Assembly: GCA_030264375.1 (NCBI GenBank)
Contig: JASCQW010000112.1
Coordinates: 23,854,162 to 23,918,161 of the forward strand
Reading direction: 5' to 3'
Length of the DNA: 64,000 nucleotides
Source of the DNA: Carcharhinus longimanus
Taxonomy: Eukaryota
Shown here: positions 39,253-52,856 of the stretch, in pieces
How the letters are laid out: every line of letters starts with the position of its first letter
Position numbering within the stretch: the first letter of the stretch is position 1
The notes under the pieces: model-generated
Told to the model about the DNA's origin: nothing
The model's database searches: none
Seen by the model: only the letters and a program-made list of their open reading frames with translations
Program-made: the position numbers and the translations under genes

Positions 39253-41432
39253 CATCTTCATGAGGATTTACTTCATTGGAATCACTGAAATGAGATACAT
39301 TAAGCATTATGTTTATTTTGTATAGCATTGTACTTCAGCCGAATTCTTCAAACGGCTTTTAGTGAAATTGAGTTGAATTGCATAGTCTAAGTCCAATTTC
39401 ATATTTATTGCATATTGTAAATCATTTTACCTCAAGAAAAAATGTAAGAATACAATTTTCAATATTTTGATCAATAAAGAAACTCCATCACACCTTGGTT
39501 GCCAGCCAAATGATACCTTTTATTGATTTCCATTTCCCACCATGGCAGCGAATTTGTCTTGCTCTCCAATTGTAATGCAGCCATAAATTTATTTTTTAAT
39601 ATTACTGTTTATCATTTCACTATGAATAATAAACAATGATTTTAGAAGATACTAATTTTTTCAATGTTCAATTATTTAATACAGTTCATTAATTATTTTT
39701 GATGAACTGTATTGAATACAAAGACACACATTTTCCACTTCACTAATTTTAGTGCAAGCAAGTGGATAACTGTTGGCAATTCCTACTCTTTTGCTCTTTT
39801 TCATTGCTCCTTCACATTCTGTGTTTGCATTGCTCATGTCAAGTCCACATTTGATGATCTGTTAACATTTCAGTACTTATACTATTTGTTGTCAGCAGTG
39901 ACATTTTTCCACCAATCTCATAACAAAATTTATGCATGATATTCTGTTCCTTGCATCCCCTTTCCTTGCTCATCTGCTGCTTAGAGTCATGTGTTGGATG
40001 AAAGTGACATCGGTATTTCTAATGATTTGCTTCTAATGCTCCCTACAAGGCTATTGTCCAGCAGGCCATTTTTCCCTGTCCTCATCTGATCATTTTGTTA
40101 GTTGCTTTGTTTCTTTGTGCTGAACACCTCCTAACACCTCCCCAGTATCTGACTAGCAAAAATTGTTCAAAACTCATTAAAACTTTACACTACATCTGGC
40201 ACTTAAAATGCCAAGGGTTTTTAGGACCACTGTTTGAACACTGTCTGGGCACTATAGACCAGTACTAAATACAAGTATACTACTGTGAGCATGCTCCATT
40301 TGATTCTAAGTCATAATTCTCAATGGATCATGTCCTGTCGCCATTGTTCAGCAGCAACCTCGTATAATAGCTAGCAAAACACACAGCAGTTGATGGTGTA
40401 TGGAGTTGGAACGTTACCCACACAGTGTTACATTGGCCTAGAATTTCCTCAAAGCGCATCGTCCCTATTTTTAAAAATAACACACCCATCGGTGGCCTGC
40501 CTGTGGTGTTACAAGTGTGCTTTAGCTGCATACAATGGATATAAGTAGCAGGAGAAAGATTGAGAGGATTGAAGGCAGAAGCCCAGATTTCAAGCAGCAG
40601 ATTCCACCAAGGATAGAAGGAAGGCTACTCATTGGATTTTACATGCTTCCCTGCCTTCAAACCCACCAATGAGGGAGCACAAAATCCAGCTCTTTATCTT
40701 TATTTCAGGTACCTGATAACAAGCATTTAGACAGTTGTATGGTTAAGATCGGCACAACCTCAGACTAAAAGGACGATCCTTTAAAACAGAGATGAGGAGG
40801 AATTTCTTCAGCCAGAGAGTGGTGAATCTGTGGAACTCTTTGCTGAAGAAGGCTGTGAGGCCAGGTCATTGAGTATCTTTAAGATTATTAATATTAAATG
40901 GTATTTTTCCAAATAAAGATTAATGTACTTAAATTATAACTTCTAGTTTTAGCATACTAAGACTTTCCTACAACTTTTTTTTTAAAAAAAGATCCTGTTT
41001 GTCCAAGGGGTTTTTCAATAGCAACTCTTGCTGCTCGCATGTATTTCAAAGCTGACATTTTGTTATAACTCATACTCTATATAGGACATGTAACCAAGAA
41101 TGAGCTGTTTCAAGTGAGTATCCAAGGTGGTGGACTTTTTCTGCCAGTAATGACACCAGTTGTATCCTCAATCTCATGTCAGCCACACTTACCATCTCTG
41201 TCCTTTTGTAGATCCCTGTTTTGCCAATTAAATATAGAATTGGAAATATGTAATATTGAACCATCTCTTAATAATCCTAATGATAAAATCAGTGCTTTTG
41301 ATGAGAAACGCCATTCCACTGCGTATGGAGAATGGAGAGCCAGGGAATGGTGGTTGGCAAGAATAAATACAACAGGAGAAACAAAATTACTTCCTTAAGA
41401 ATTGGTGGCATTGAGCAAAAAATAAATATAAT

Positions 41433-41757
41433 GGGCAGCACGGTGGCACAGTGGTTAGTACTGCTGCCCCACAGCACCAGGGACTCGGGTTCAATTCCTG
41501 ACTTGGGTCACTGTCTGTGCAGAGTCTGCATATTCTCCCCATGTCTGCATGGGTTTTCTCCGGGTGCGCCGGTTTCCTCCCACAGTCCAAAGATGTGTGG
41601 GTTAAATGGATTGACCATGATAAATTGCTCTTTAGTGTCAGTGGGATTAGAGGGGTGTATGCATGGGGTTGCGGGGATAGGGCCTGGGTGGGATTATTGT
41701 CGGTGCAGGCTCCATGGCCTAATGGTGGCCTTCTGTACTGTAGGGATCCTATGATTC
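41433..41757 (+). mobile_element. HE1-type V-SINE, tail type A
   Basis: GGGCAGCACGGTGGCACAGTGGTTAG head to GTAGGGATCCTATGATTC. Confidence 0.93.
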
Positions 41758-42572
41758 AAGAGAGAATGAAGAGAAGGCTGGAAGCGGTTGTAAAGATAAA
41801 AGGTATTAAATGACAACATAAAGATTAGACATCAGAAAAAAATCAAAGTTGGAACAAAAGGAAAAATAAATAGAGATGGGGAATATCTGAAATAAAATTG
41901 GAATAACATTCGTGCCTTAGCATTACAGCTAATCATTTAAGAAGGTAAATGATGAGATTTCAGATGGAGGAATATCAGTAGCTAGCTGGTGAAACATCTG
42001 AGGTATCAGAAAGGTCTTTTTGTTTGACAAAGCTAGCTATACAATGAAAATCTCCTGTCTTTAATACACATCACAATTAGCCCTGTATTTTAACAGTTAA
42101 ATATATTCTGCACTACACTGTCTTTTACTGTTTTAACCATCGGTTGGTCTTCTGTAACACAATCATCTTTGTCGCTGTGCTATTTATTTCACGTGTGTGC
42201 TCATTATTCCTAGGTTTTTTTTATGGCAGAATAGTATTCTAACAGCATTTTGTTTAATATGAAGAGGGGTTTTTTTTTAGCTCTGCTTTGAAAACAGTTA
42301 AGAACAAAAATCATCCTTCATCTTAAAGAAACTTTGTTGTATCAATAGTTTCATACGGCCCTGATACATCACTATAAATGCTACTTCTTCAGTTTACTTG
42401 GGTCAATCTTATTTTAAGGGAGAGCCCCTTCAATAAACCTTCAGTACACATATCTACTTTTTAATCTTGCATAAGGAGCCATTGGGACAAAATTTCAATG
42501 TTGGATTAAATGAAGAATTAAGAGCTATAATCACAATAGTCATTGTTCCATGTTTTTTCGTTTTCTTTTTAG

Positions 42573-43250
42573 AAGTTACAGAAGGATCACTTATTAGCTC
42601 AACAGGTTTTGAAGAGTATAGCCCAATGGTTGGAGCAGCAAGACAAGTTCCAAGCTTTGAGTCTCACTGTATGATCAGCTCAGATTCAGGAATAGAGATG
42701 GCACCAGGAGATTCTATTGACTTGGCCAAATCTTTGGTGGACCCCATAGGGTCTGAGAAGGCAGAAGACCAGAACTATATTGACATGTGCCGTTCTGAAG
42801 AATTGAAAGCCGAGGAGTTATCCAAAACATACTGGGAGGAGAAAATGATGTATTTTGTAGATAATACATCAGCTGACACAGTGGCTTCCCCAGAAAGTCT
42901 GAAAAAGTCAGCTGAGGAGATAAAGTTGATAGAAGAAATGAGCCCCTGTCTGAGTCCTGAGGAACCAACAACGGCACCGTATGTGGAAGAGCCTTCAGAT
43001 GAAGACATTTCAGAGAAATGGGAAATGGAGGACCCCCAGCACAATATTCACAAAATGGATACACGTGCATCGCCAACCCACGTTTTACTCACTGAGATAG
43101 AAACCATTGTAGATCCCAATAGCAGGTGCAAGCCTCAGCACGAACAAGAGACTAAACTGAAACAAGGATCCGATGTAGTGCCAACTGTGACTGTATCAGA
43201 ACCTGACGATGACAGCCCAATCTCCCAAACGCCTACTCCCACAAGCTCAG
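42573..43250 (+). CDS. RTN1: Reticulon-1 long-isoform internal exon (equivalent to mammalian exon 2), 678 nt, phase 1-1
   Basis: Pyrimidine tract and TAG acceptor (42570-42572); donor CAG|GTAACA at 43250/43251; open frame. Motifs SSDSGIEM, YIDM, APYVEE, LLTEIE, DVVPTVTVSEPDDDSP match recalled human RTN1 (SSDSGIEMTP, YIDI, APYIDD, TLTEIE, DTVPTVTVSEPEDDSP). Confidence 0.95.
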
Positions 43251-43953
43251 GTAACAATTGTTATGTGAGTTACTCTAATAGGTTGGTTGTCTGTGTACAC
43301 ATCATTTCAAAACCTGTTTTTTATTCATTAAACTACAGTAATTGTTTTGTGTGCGTATATATGTTGACATTTTATTTAACTTGAACATTTGATTCTTTTT
43401 CCCTTTTTTTGGCTTGTTGATCGATCAGATCTTGACTGTTTGTCAGTCTGTGACTTATTTTATACAACTTACAATGGTATTTTTGTTACTTGTGTGTCTA
43501 TCCTGTTGAGATGGCTGGTCAATTTCACCATCAGGAGAGAGAACGAAATGTCACAAAATGGCTACTGATAGCCCAAGTATGAAAGGACACAAATAAAATG
43601 TGAAATGTAAAGGAGAAACTGTGTGACCCTGTGCTTGCTAACATGAGCTCACAGTGATTGATGCATACTTAGTCAATGCAAATAGATTTTTAAAATACAT
43701 GTTATTTATCTCAACCAGTTACCCTTCCTTCCCTTTCTTTAGTCTTTTTTCCTGTTACCCTCACACTTTCTCTTTAAAAAAAATAAAATTGAATAATGAA
43801 AAAAAACTGTCTGTCTTCCTTTCTCTATTGTTATCTCTCTCTGCTTGTCTTATTCTCTTTTCTCTTTGATTCATAAGTGTTAGAAATTAGACGAGGTGAT
43901 GTTAATCTACTAGATGGCTAGTTAAAACCACGTAGGTTATTTAATGTTTTTTA

Positions 43954-44236
43954 AAGCTTATTTATTAGTGTTGCTAACACTGCAATGAAGTTTCTGTAAA
44001 AATCCCCTAATCATCGCACTCCAGCACCTGTTCAGGTACACTGAGGGAGAATTTAGCATGGCCAATGCACCTAATCAGCACGTCTTTTGGACTGTGGGAG
44101 GAAACCGGAGGAAACTCACACAGATACAGGGAGAACATGCAGACTCCACACAGACAGTAACCCAAGCTGGGAATTGAACTCAAGTCCCTGGCGCTGTGAG
44201 GCAGCAGTGCTAACCATTGTGCCACCGTGCTGTCCC
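43954..44236 (-). mobile_element. HE1-type V-SINE, tail type B
   Basis: Reverse complement of a full element. Confidence 0.92.
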
Positions 44237-45640
44237 CAAACAACCTTGACCATAATTTCTATGCAGAGTTTTGGGCAGATTTAGTTTAATCTAGAGGCTT
44301 GTTAGTTAATTACAGCTGAATTAATGTTTAACTCTGTCCGTTGCTGCCACATTCCAGTTAGTTACCGACTCCATTCTTGGATCGCCAGCTATCAGTGATA
44401 CAATTAATTTCTGGACAAGACCCAGCAGGGATAGTGTCTGTTAACGTATCTGAGCAGATAAACATCTTGAGTCAAAGCATTAAAATACAGGCCAGTGATG
44501 ATAGACACACAAATCTAAGAGGGATTTCATCTTGGACACATCGAATCATGTCCAGATTTTCCAGCTTCTCCTTGCATGGATTTGTGTTGCAGACTCTTGT
44601 CGTTCTATTTTTTTTTCGGCAAAGTGCTTTCTCAATTGCTGTGGGTGTTCCTTTATTTTCAGTGCCAATAAAGAGTGCGCAACAAAACTGTGGTTGGACT
44701 TTCACAACTTCAACCAACTAAATAAAACTCCTCATTTGTGTTAGCAAAAACCAAAACCATCTTTCCAACATGTTTGGTTCACGTTCTCTGGAAATTCTCT
44801 GAGCTTATATTTTTACTTAAGTTTACAAAGGAGAGTGTCTCAGAGAAAAATAGCTTTGCTTCATCTTTTACTTAGATACCCATGAGAAACTCTATAACCT
44901 TTTTTCTGGAAAATCCATTTAGACTCACTACTTTTTTATCCCTTCCTCAATGTTCATGACTTCTGCAAGCTTTTACTTTCCTACCCAGCTTTCCTTCTTC
45001 CATCTTCCCTTCCCTTTGTCTCTGCAAGGTATTGATTCTCTCTTGGGGTGCAGTTCTATTATGCTAGTCCCTTTCTTGTACTATGTATGTGTGAGTATTG
45101 ATAGTGGTTGTTGGTAAAAGATTCAACCATGGATAGTACCACAGCAGGGCCATTGTATCACCCTTCCTTGTCCAATCTCCACATATTTGTAATAATCCTA
45201 AACTTTCATAAGTGTGCATGATATATAGTCTATTATTTTGGCCAAAAAACTGGAGGGACACTGCATCTTGCTTTGATGGGAAAAAGCCATCACTCTAGTG
45301 CTACAATTAATCCAGTCTTTTTGAAAGATCTCATTGATGATGCATGTTTGTTCCCAGAATTGTCTAAAGTAATTTCAGTAAATGTAATAGGAAGTCTGAA
45401 TCATTTTTCTTGATACCTTCATGATATTCAAGCTTTATAGTAATTGATTTTAGCTTGTAAACTACCAATATTCCTGATGATTTTTTAAATAGATTGGCAC
45501 TGGTATCCTTCACTCTCTTTAAAAGTTTGTTACAGTGAATTTCTCATTTCCTGTTGTGTGAAATGGGGAGGGGGTGCAATGCACCATGCAGCATGCCTGG
45601 CTGTTCCAGTTTTTTGTTTGCAAAGTAGCTGAAAAGATAC

Positions 45641-45767
45641 GGGGCAGGAGTTTACGGCCTTGCTCTGGTGAGACCGGAAGTTCCTGCCTGAGATCAATGG
45701 AGATTTCCGTTGTCGGACCCACGCCCGTGTTGATGCCATGGCAGGCGAGTTGATAGAGTTCCGGCCA
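45641..45767. mobile_element. ~130-bp MITE; relatives at 7434-7730, 20571-20690 and 32512-32648
   Basis: Shared GACCGGAA..CCCGCC..GTCAA internal motif and GGC..GATTTTCC-like ends. Confidence 0.5.
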
Positions 45768-46348
45768 TGATATTTTTCAAGATTTTTTTTTAATGCTAAT
45801 GCACTACCCCATGTCCATGTCCACAACAGAATAGAAATGTTCAATTGAATGACATTAGCTTGTCTTTCATTTGAAAAACACATCCCACTGCACTACAATA
45901 ATTAGAATGCATGGAGCTCTAAATTCTGCTTCCTTTTTTTTGCTTCCTGAAACATGCAGGAATCTTCAAGTTAAATACAGCGTACAGTTTTTTTTTAATG
46001 GCTCTTTTTAAAGTTCAAATCAGGGCAATATAAAAGAAAGTTCTAAAATTATAATGTGGTGACCAATCTTTGGGGCTGTGGAATCTTGCAGTTAGAAAAC
46101 AATCTATTATTTCCAGCTTGAAAACCCTGCTTCTATTGTTAAAATTAATGAAGAGCTGCTCCTTTTAAATGCTCTTCTATGCCACTGGGCATGAATGTAA
46201 CATTTAGCGAGACTGTACTGGAAAAAGCATCCAGGACAGGTATAAATTAGCCATTGGGTAATGTACTGTCAAGCACTAGAAATGAACATGTGGCAAAACC
46301 AGCAGTTGAATTCCCTGCTGCACTCTGTGTTTCCAAGCAGGAAGGGTT

Positions 46349-46664
46349 GGGGTGGCATGATGGCACAGTGGTTAGCAGTGCTGCCTCACAGCGCCAGGGA
46401 TCCGGGTTCAATTCCGGCCTTGGGTCACTGTCTGTGTGGAGTTTGCATGTTCTCCCTGCTCTGCATGGGTTTCCTCTGGGTTCTCCAGTTTCCTCCCACA
46501 GTCCAAAGATGTGTGGGTTAGGTGGATTGGCCATGCTAAATTGCCCCTTAATGTCAGGGAGAACTAGCTGGGATAAATACGTGGGGTTATGGGGACAGGG
46601 ATTGTGGTTGGTGCAGACTCGATGGGCCAAATGGCCCCCTTTGGCACTGTAGGGATTCTATGAT
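46349..46664 (+). mobile_element. HE1-type V-SINE, tail type A
   Basis: Full element ending GTAGGGATTCTATGATT. Confidence 0.93.
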
Positions 46665-47033
46665 TTTACAATAACACCTCCATGAAAAGAGGGCAGAAAC
46701 ATTGGATAGAAATGCCATTGCTGGCTTGATCTTGCATGCCTCTCTAGAGACCAGTCAAAGGGAGTTTTAGTAAGGTGTGGTTGCAAGAATGCTTGCCGAT
46801 CATCTTGATGGCTGAACGTTGCAAGGCACTTTTGAAAGGAGAATCTGTTTTAACCTGGATGTATCTCAAGTCTAGCTCTTTAATAATACGACTGAGTTTT
46901 AAAAGTGACAAACCTTAGTAGATGTGATGTTGATCATAAATGAGGTATTACTTAATGTACTATTGCAGCAGCAAAAAGGAAATAACTTTGAGTGCTCACT
47001 GAGCATATTTTCTGTCTGCATTTATGATTGCAG

Positions 47034-47837
47034 AAGAATCTGATTCACAGATTGAAGCTGCTTACCACTTCCTGGACGAGGAGCGCCCCGCTGCTGACAA
47101 GGCTTCAGACAAAACTCAATGTTTTCCTTTAAATGCCACAGAGGAGGAGAGGTCCCTAAGTGCTGCCTTAACAAAAATAGATGACTCTGAGCAGAACTTG
47201 CCAAAGCTACCAGCGACAATATTGGACCTTGAGGCCAGCAGTGCCGAATCTGGAGATTCTGAGATAGAGGTAGTGCCGGATGAGTCACTGTCCGTGGAAG
47301 AAGCTGAAGGTTGCAGCTATATGACATTCAGGCAGGTTGGTGGAACTCCACCTTCTTCTGTTTCTTCGGTCCAGTACAGTATCCTGAGGGAGGAACGCGA
47401 AGCTGAACTCGACAGTGAGCTCATCATTGATCCCTATGACGCTTCGTCAGCATCTGAAGAGAGTCTCCAAAGAGAGCAAGACTCCCCACTGAAATCTAAC
47501 AGCATGGGGAGAGAACCTGACGAAAAAGCCTTAACAATGGACAGCCAGCAAGAATTGGACCTTCAGTCAAGTCGATCAACTTCCTCCTATATTGTCAAAG
47601 GTGCAAGTGGAACAGATGCAGCTACAGCTGAGCCTCCCGCCTCTCTGAATCATTCCGAAGCTTTCATTACCCCCGAGGTAGTGGTTGAAGAACCATCTTC
47701 TGAAGAAGTGTCTGAGGAAACAGCTGGAAAAATAAGTGATAGCAAACCTTCAGACGGAGCCAAGACTGGAAAAGACTTGGAGAGCAGCCAGCCCATTTCT
47801 TCTGAGCGGTTTCTGCTGGTACTAAATAAGAAAACAG
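47034..47837 (+). CDS. RTN1: Reticulon-1 long-isoform internal exon (equivalent to mammalian exon 3), 804 nt, phase 1-1
   Basis: CAG acceptor 47031-47033; donor CAG|GTAATT at 47837/47838. Near-identical to recalled RTN1 motifs EASSAESGDSEIE, QYSILREEREAELDSELII, DASSASEES..REQDSP; ends LNKKT, like the human LNKQK just before the RHD exon. Confidence 0.96.
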
Positions 47838-48519
47838 GTAATTTTAGCCATTACTCTGACCATAGTGATTTATTTTAAACCGCCTTCATGTTTCACTAAT
47901 TGAAAATTTTCTAATCCATTTGTTTTCAACTTCCCTTTTTATGTAGAAGTGTTTTAAAAAAATTGCATGTTCGGCTACTTAATGTTATTGTATGTTTATC
48001 TTTGGTTGAGTTCCAGCCAACTGATTTTTCTCCCCTGCACCATCCCCCACCCCAAATCTAGTACCCTGAGAATTGAAATGTGTTGTATAATAACCAGCAG
48101 CCAGACAAGTGAAGCAAGTTCAGTGAAATGTGAACACCTGAATTATTTATGAGGCAGTGCACTTGTTTTTTGACAAATGGCTGTTCCAGCTTGTGAAAAT
48201 GTTTTGAAAGGTGCAGCTCTGGGGCACACTACATTAATGTGTTGTTATCTCTCTTTCCTGCTATATATCCCTGTAGTCAAAGACTTGAAAGTGGCAAGAG
48301 TAAACCATCCGTTCCTGCCATCTACTGTAATTAGTAAAATGACTGTCAGACTAATTGAATACAAGTGGGGCAGGTATCGATTTGGATCATACATTTAAAC
48401 CGGGTTTTCTAATTTTGGAGAATGTGATTATTTAATTAATTGATTATTTTGAGAATGTGTGATTTTTAACCATTATCAAATAAATAAAAAAGACCTCTCT
48501 CCCTGAACTCTTCTACCCT

Positions 48520-49765
48520 AGCTTGAATAGAGGCAGACCACTCAGGTCCTCCAGCCTGTCCCACCACCTTTCAGTGAGATCATGGCTAATTTGTACCTTA
48601 ACTCTAAGTACTAACCTCTGCTCCATTTCATTTTATTCCCTTGTCCAGCAAAAATCTATCAATTTCTGATTTAATATTATTAATTTTTATGGGAGAGAAT
48701 TCCACACTTTTACCATTCTTTGCATGAAGAAATGTTTCATAACCTCTTTCCTGAAAAAATCTGACTAATTTTAAGGTTAAGCCCATTTGCTCATGACTCC
48801 CACATCAGTGGAAATTTTTCTATTTACACTATTAATTTCACAATATTAAGAACCTCAAATCACCCTGAATTTACTATACTCCAAGGAATATAAGGATGGT
48901 TTATGGAATCTCCCCTCATAATATAATCCTTGGAAACATGATCACATTCTAATGAGTTTGCATTGCACTCCTTCCAAGGTCAAAACGAGATGTGTTACTC
49001 TGAACTGTGCATAGTATTCCAAATGGACTTCTTTGCAAATCTTCCCCCCTTTATGTCCCAGTCTTCTAGTTATAATGACTGACATTCTATTAGCCTTTTT
49101 GATTATTCATTGTTCCTAACCACTACAGTTTAGTGGTCTATGTACACAGACCCCTACATCACTTCAGACCTTCACTCTAATCTGCTTTGTTTTGATCCAT
49201 CTACCCCAGTCTTCCACTCACTTAACCTATCAAGGTCTCTATAGTTTTATGCTCTCATCCACACTACTTACTATATCACTGATGTGTATGTGTTATTGGT
49301 AACCTTGAACATATGGTTCTCTATTGTGTCGCTAAGTCATTAATAAATATGATGAAAAGTTGAGGCTTCCCCACAAATCTTTATAGAGCACTTCCTTCTG
49401 ATTGAAGTATATGCCCATTATGCCTATCTATGCTCTGTTTTCTAATAATCAGTTTAATCACGTTAATTATTTGCTTTCCATTCCATGAGCTTTGATTTTA
49501 TTGAGCAGTCTGTTATGAGGTTCCTTAGCAAATGCCTTGTGGAGGTTATATAAATGATATTCATGGATATTCTCCTATCTGCTATTGTAGTTATTTCCTT
49601 AAAAAAAAATTAGGTTCATTAGACGTGACTTACCCTTTCCCAATCTATGTTGGTTTTCTCCAAACAGCTGAAATTTCTCAAAGCCTCATCCACTCTGTCC
49701 TTAATTATAGATTCCAATAACTTGCCACAGCGGATGTTAGATTAGCAAGTCCATAATTTCCGGGT
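48520..49765 (-). mobile_element. Old decayed CR1
   Basis: Degenerate CR1 tail and RT sequence on the reverse strand. Confidence 0.6.
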
Positions 49766-50990
49766 TGAAGTGCACTGTGTCTGTCTAGACCTATACAGGC
49801 AGAGATTTCCTGGCCTCGATGTTATACCCTTGGCAAAGATCTGACGGGGCTTCATCCCTTAGCAGGGTCTTTTGCCAGCAAAAGTGAGAAAAAAGCTGAT
49901 GGTTGTTTTGGAATGAAGAATCTGGTGTGTGTGCTTTATCTTTAGGATCCTCTTTGTCATTGTCTAATCTGAGGCAGCTGAGGATGGCAGGAATTTTCAT
50001 ATGTAAACCTCACACCTACTTCTTGAATTGCCTAAGGGCCAAAGGGACAGGGAAGTGAGGTGAGGAGCGATGATGTGTCACACTTCTCCTGTAAATTGGA
50101 TCTTCATCTTTAGAAGTTGCATATTATGCTCCACCTTTTGTAAAGATTCAGAAATTCTAGGGTGATGTAGAGATCTAGCTGAAACAACTAATTCTGAGGA
50201 TTATACAGTGGAATGAGAATTCCTCAGAAATAAACATCCAGAAAAGGGGCAGCTTGATATTGTGTACAGTGATTCCTCTTAATGTGAAGCAAAACTATTG
50301 CTCCTCTATACCCATGATTTAACTTTGTGGAATTATCAGATATTAGTAATTGAAATCTGATTGAATTAATCTAGCTGCAACAATAATGCAATGAGACAGT
50401 TCAGAAATTACACTGTGTTATAACCATACGACTCTATTTATATACTTCTAAATTATGTATTTGAATTGCTGGGAACCTCTGTTCATAACAGCTTTTTTCC
50501 ATTGGGGGTCTACTCCTGTTGGTTCTTTACTTACAAAATGCATGACTTCATATTTCTTCACAGTAAAAAGATCTTTCTCAATCTGTTAGTGAGCTTTTGT
50601 TTCATCAGGCAGTTTCAATATCATGTTCTCGACGCCCAAGTACAAGTAGTTATCGAGGATAGAATGGACCAAGCACGAACCATTAGGTTACACCATTCCT
50701 AGCCATTCTCCAACACACATATTTATTGTGATGAAACTATTAAGTTACCTGAGTTATGTAGTTATGGCCTTGAAATGTAGTGGACAAAGCAGTTGGATAG
50801 TGATGATGTAAGGTATCATTTTTAGACTATTATCTCATTAAATTTTAAACAAAAGTGAAATCATAGTTGCTGGATAACAATTTATAGTTTTAGTATATCC
50901 AGGATCCTTAGCAAATTTTACATAGTGCAAATTTCTGCTGGCATTTACAGGGCAATAATAATGCTCTTTACATGTGACCTTTCTTCTTGG

Positions 50991-51310
50991 AATCATAGAA
51001 TCCCTACAGTGCAGGAGGAGACCATTTGGCCCATCAAGTCTGCACTGACCACAATCTCACCCAGGCCCTATTCCCATAACCTAACCTATTTACCTTGCTA
51101 ATCCTCTTGACACTAAGGTCAGTTTAGCATGGCCAGTCAACCTAACCCACACATCTTGGGACTATGAGAGGAAATCGAAGCACCTGGAGGAAACCCACGC
51201 AGACACAGGGAGAATGTGCAAACTCCACACAGATAGTGACCCAAGACCAGAATTGAACCTGAGTCCCTGGCACTGTGAGGCAGCAGTGCTAACCACTGTG
51301 CCACCGTGCC
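50991..51310 (-). mobile_element. HE1-type V-SINE, tail type A
   Basis: AATCATAGAATCCCTACAGTGCAG ... CCACCGTGCC. Confidence 0.93.
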
Positions 51311-51334
51311 ATTCAGTAGTTAGCACCGCTTTTT

Positions 51335-52022
51335 TTAAAATTTATTCTTTCATGGGATGTGAACATTGCTGTCTAGGCCAATATTTATTGACCTTCCCTA
51401 ATTGCCCTTGAGAACGTGGTGGTGAGCCACCTTCTTGAACCACTGTAATCAATGTGCTATAGATGCACCGACTGATGCTGGGGCAGTGTGGTGATGGTTC
51501 GTTTAAGAGCAACACAGTAAAATAAGGCCCAATCACCACAGGCGGGAGTTTCAAGATTTTGGTCAGCGACAGTGAAAGAAAGGTGATGTATTTCCAAGGC
51601 AGGAGGTTGTGTGGCTTTGAGGGGAACTTACGGGTCATGGTGTTCCCATACATCAGCTGTTCTTGTCCTCCAAAGTTAGGGGTTTGGAAGATGATGTTGA
51701 AGGAGTCTTGGTGAGTTTCTGCAGTGCATCATGTAGATGGTCAGTGCGTCAGTGGCGGAGGGAGTGAATGTTTGTGGATGGAGTAACAATCAACTGGGCT
51801 GCTTTCTCCTGAATGGTGTTGAGCGTCTTGAATGTTGTTGAAGTTGCACCCATCCAGGCAAGTGCAGTGTATTCCACCAGACTGCTGACATGTGCTTTGT
51901 AGCTAGTGGACAGGCTTTGGGAGTCAGGAAGTGAGTTACTCACTGCAGAATTCCCACCCTCTGAATTGCTCTTGTAGCCATAGTATTTATGGCTAATCCA
52001 GTTCAGTTTCTGGTTAATTGCC
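51335..52022 (-). mobile_element. CR1-clade LINE, second family, 3' end
   Basis: YKAHVSSLVEYTALAWMGA..TLNTIQEKAAQLI on the reverse strand; tail shared with the SINE at 15650. Confidence 0.8.
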
Positions 52023-52856
52023 AATAGAAAGCTTTCTACAAATGTTCAGGAATATAGAAAAAAGTTATCTGTATCTGTTGGTCTTTGTTGTTTAGATAAA
52101 CAGAGTGCGGATTAATGAGAAACTACTTGTACTGTGAAGACTGTGATGTGTTGAAAAGTGTTTAACTAATTCGTGTTAAATACATATATGTCAATAGAAA
52201 TATTCCAAAATATTAATAACTACTTAAAAGAAGGTAAGTATTCGTGAAAGATTTTAAAGTTTGCTAATCAATCTTATAAGAGATTGTTAAATTACATTTT
52301 TATCCTATTCAGATGATTTCTTTTTAGTTGCAATCTATATTTTAACACCAGCTTCACTGCTTTTTATGTACACATGATTGTAAACTATGTATTTTTGTAT
52401 ACAGATTCCTTTTTTGATTCATCCTTGGGTTATGTGGCTGTGAAGTTTGAATGTGAAAAATTAATGTGACTAACAAGAAGAAAGTATAATTTATTTTAAT
52501 GTACTTTTCGGTTATACATGTGAGCACGTATTGATCTATCCATTCCATTACATAGCTTCTGGAAAAGATAATCTTCAATATGACATGTAAATGTACTGCA
52601 GCGCTTTAATTAGCCACAATCAATAATGGAGGTTTTCCCATACCACCAATTATAAGGATGTCCAGTATGTAGAATGGAATTAAAAAAAACACTCTGGAGT
52701 GGGGTGATGCTTGCTCATCAACAATCAGAAATAATCAGAAAATCACTCCTCCCTTTTAGAATGCTGACAGCCCATCTGTAGTCTTCCCACATTGCGCTTT
52801 AGCAGAGTGCTGGTAATAAACACACATCACTGTTTTCACTTTTTCTATTTACTGCT

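Noticed and set aside
41114-41398. 94-aa ORF and acceptor-like CCTTTTGTAG upstream of the RTN1 exon
   Set aside because: Stop soon after the acceptor in phase 1, no good donor, no RTN1 similarity.
42467-42572. Hydrophobic N-terminal extension of the 305-aa ORF (IVIVPCFFVFFL)
   Set aside because: Translation of the intron's polypyrimidine tract.
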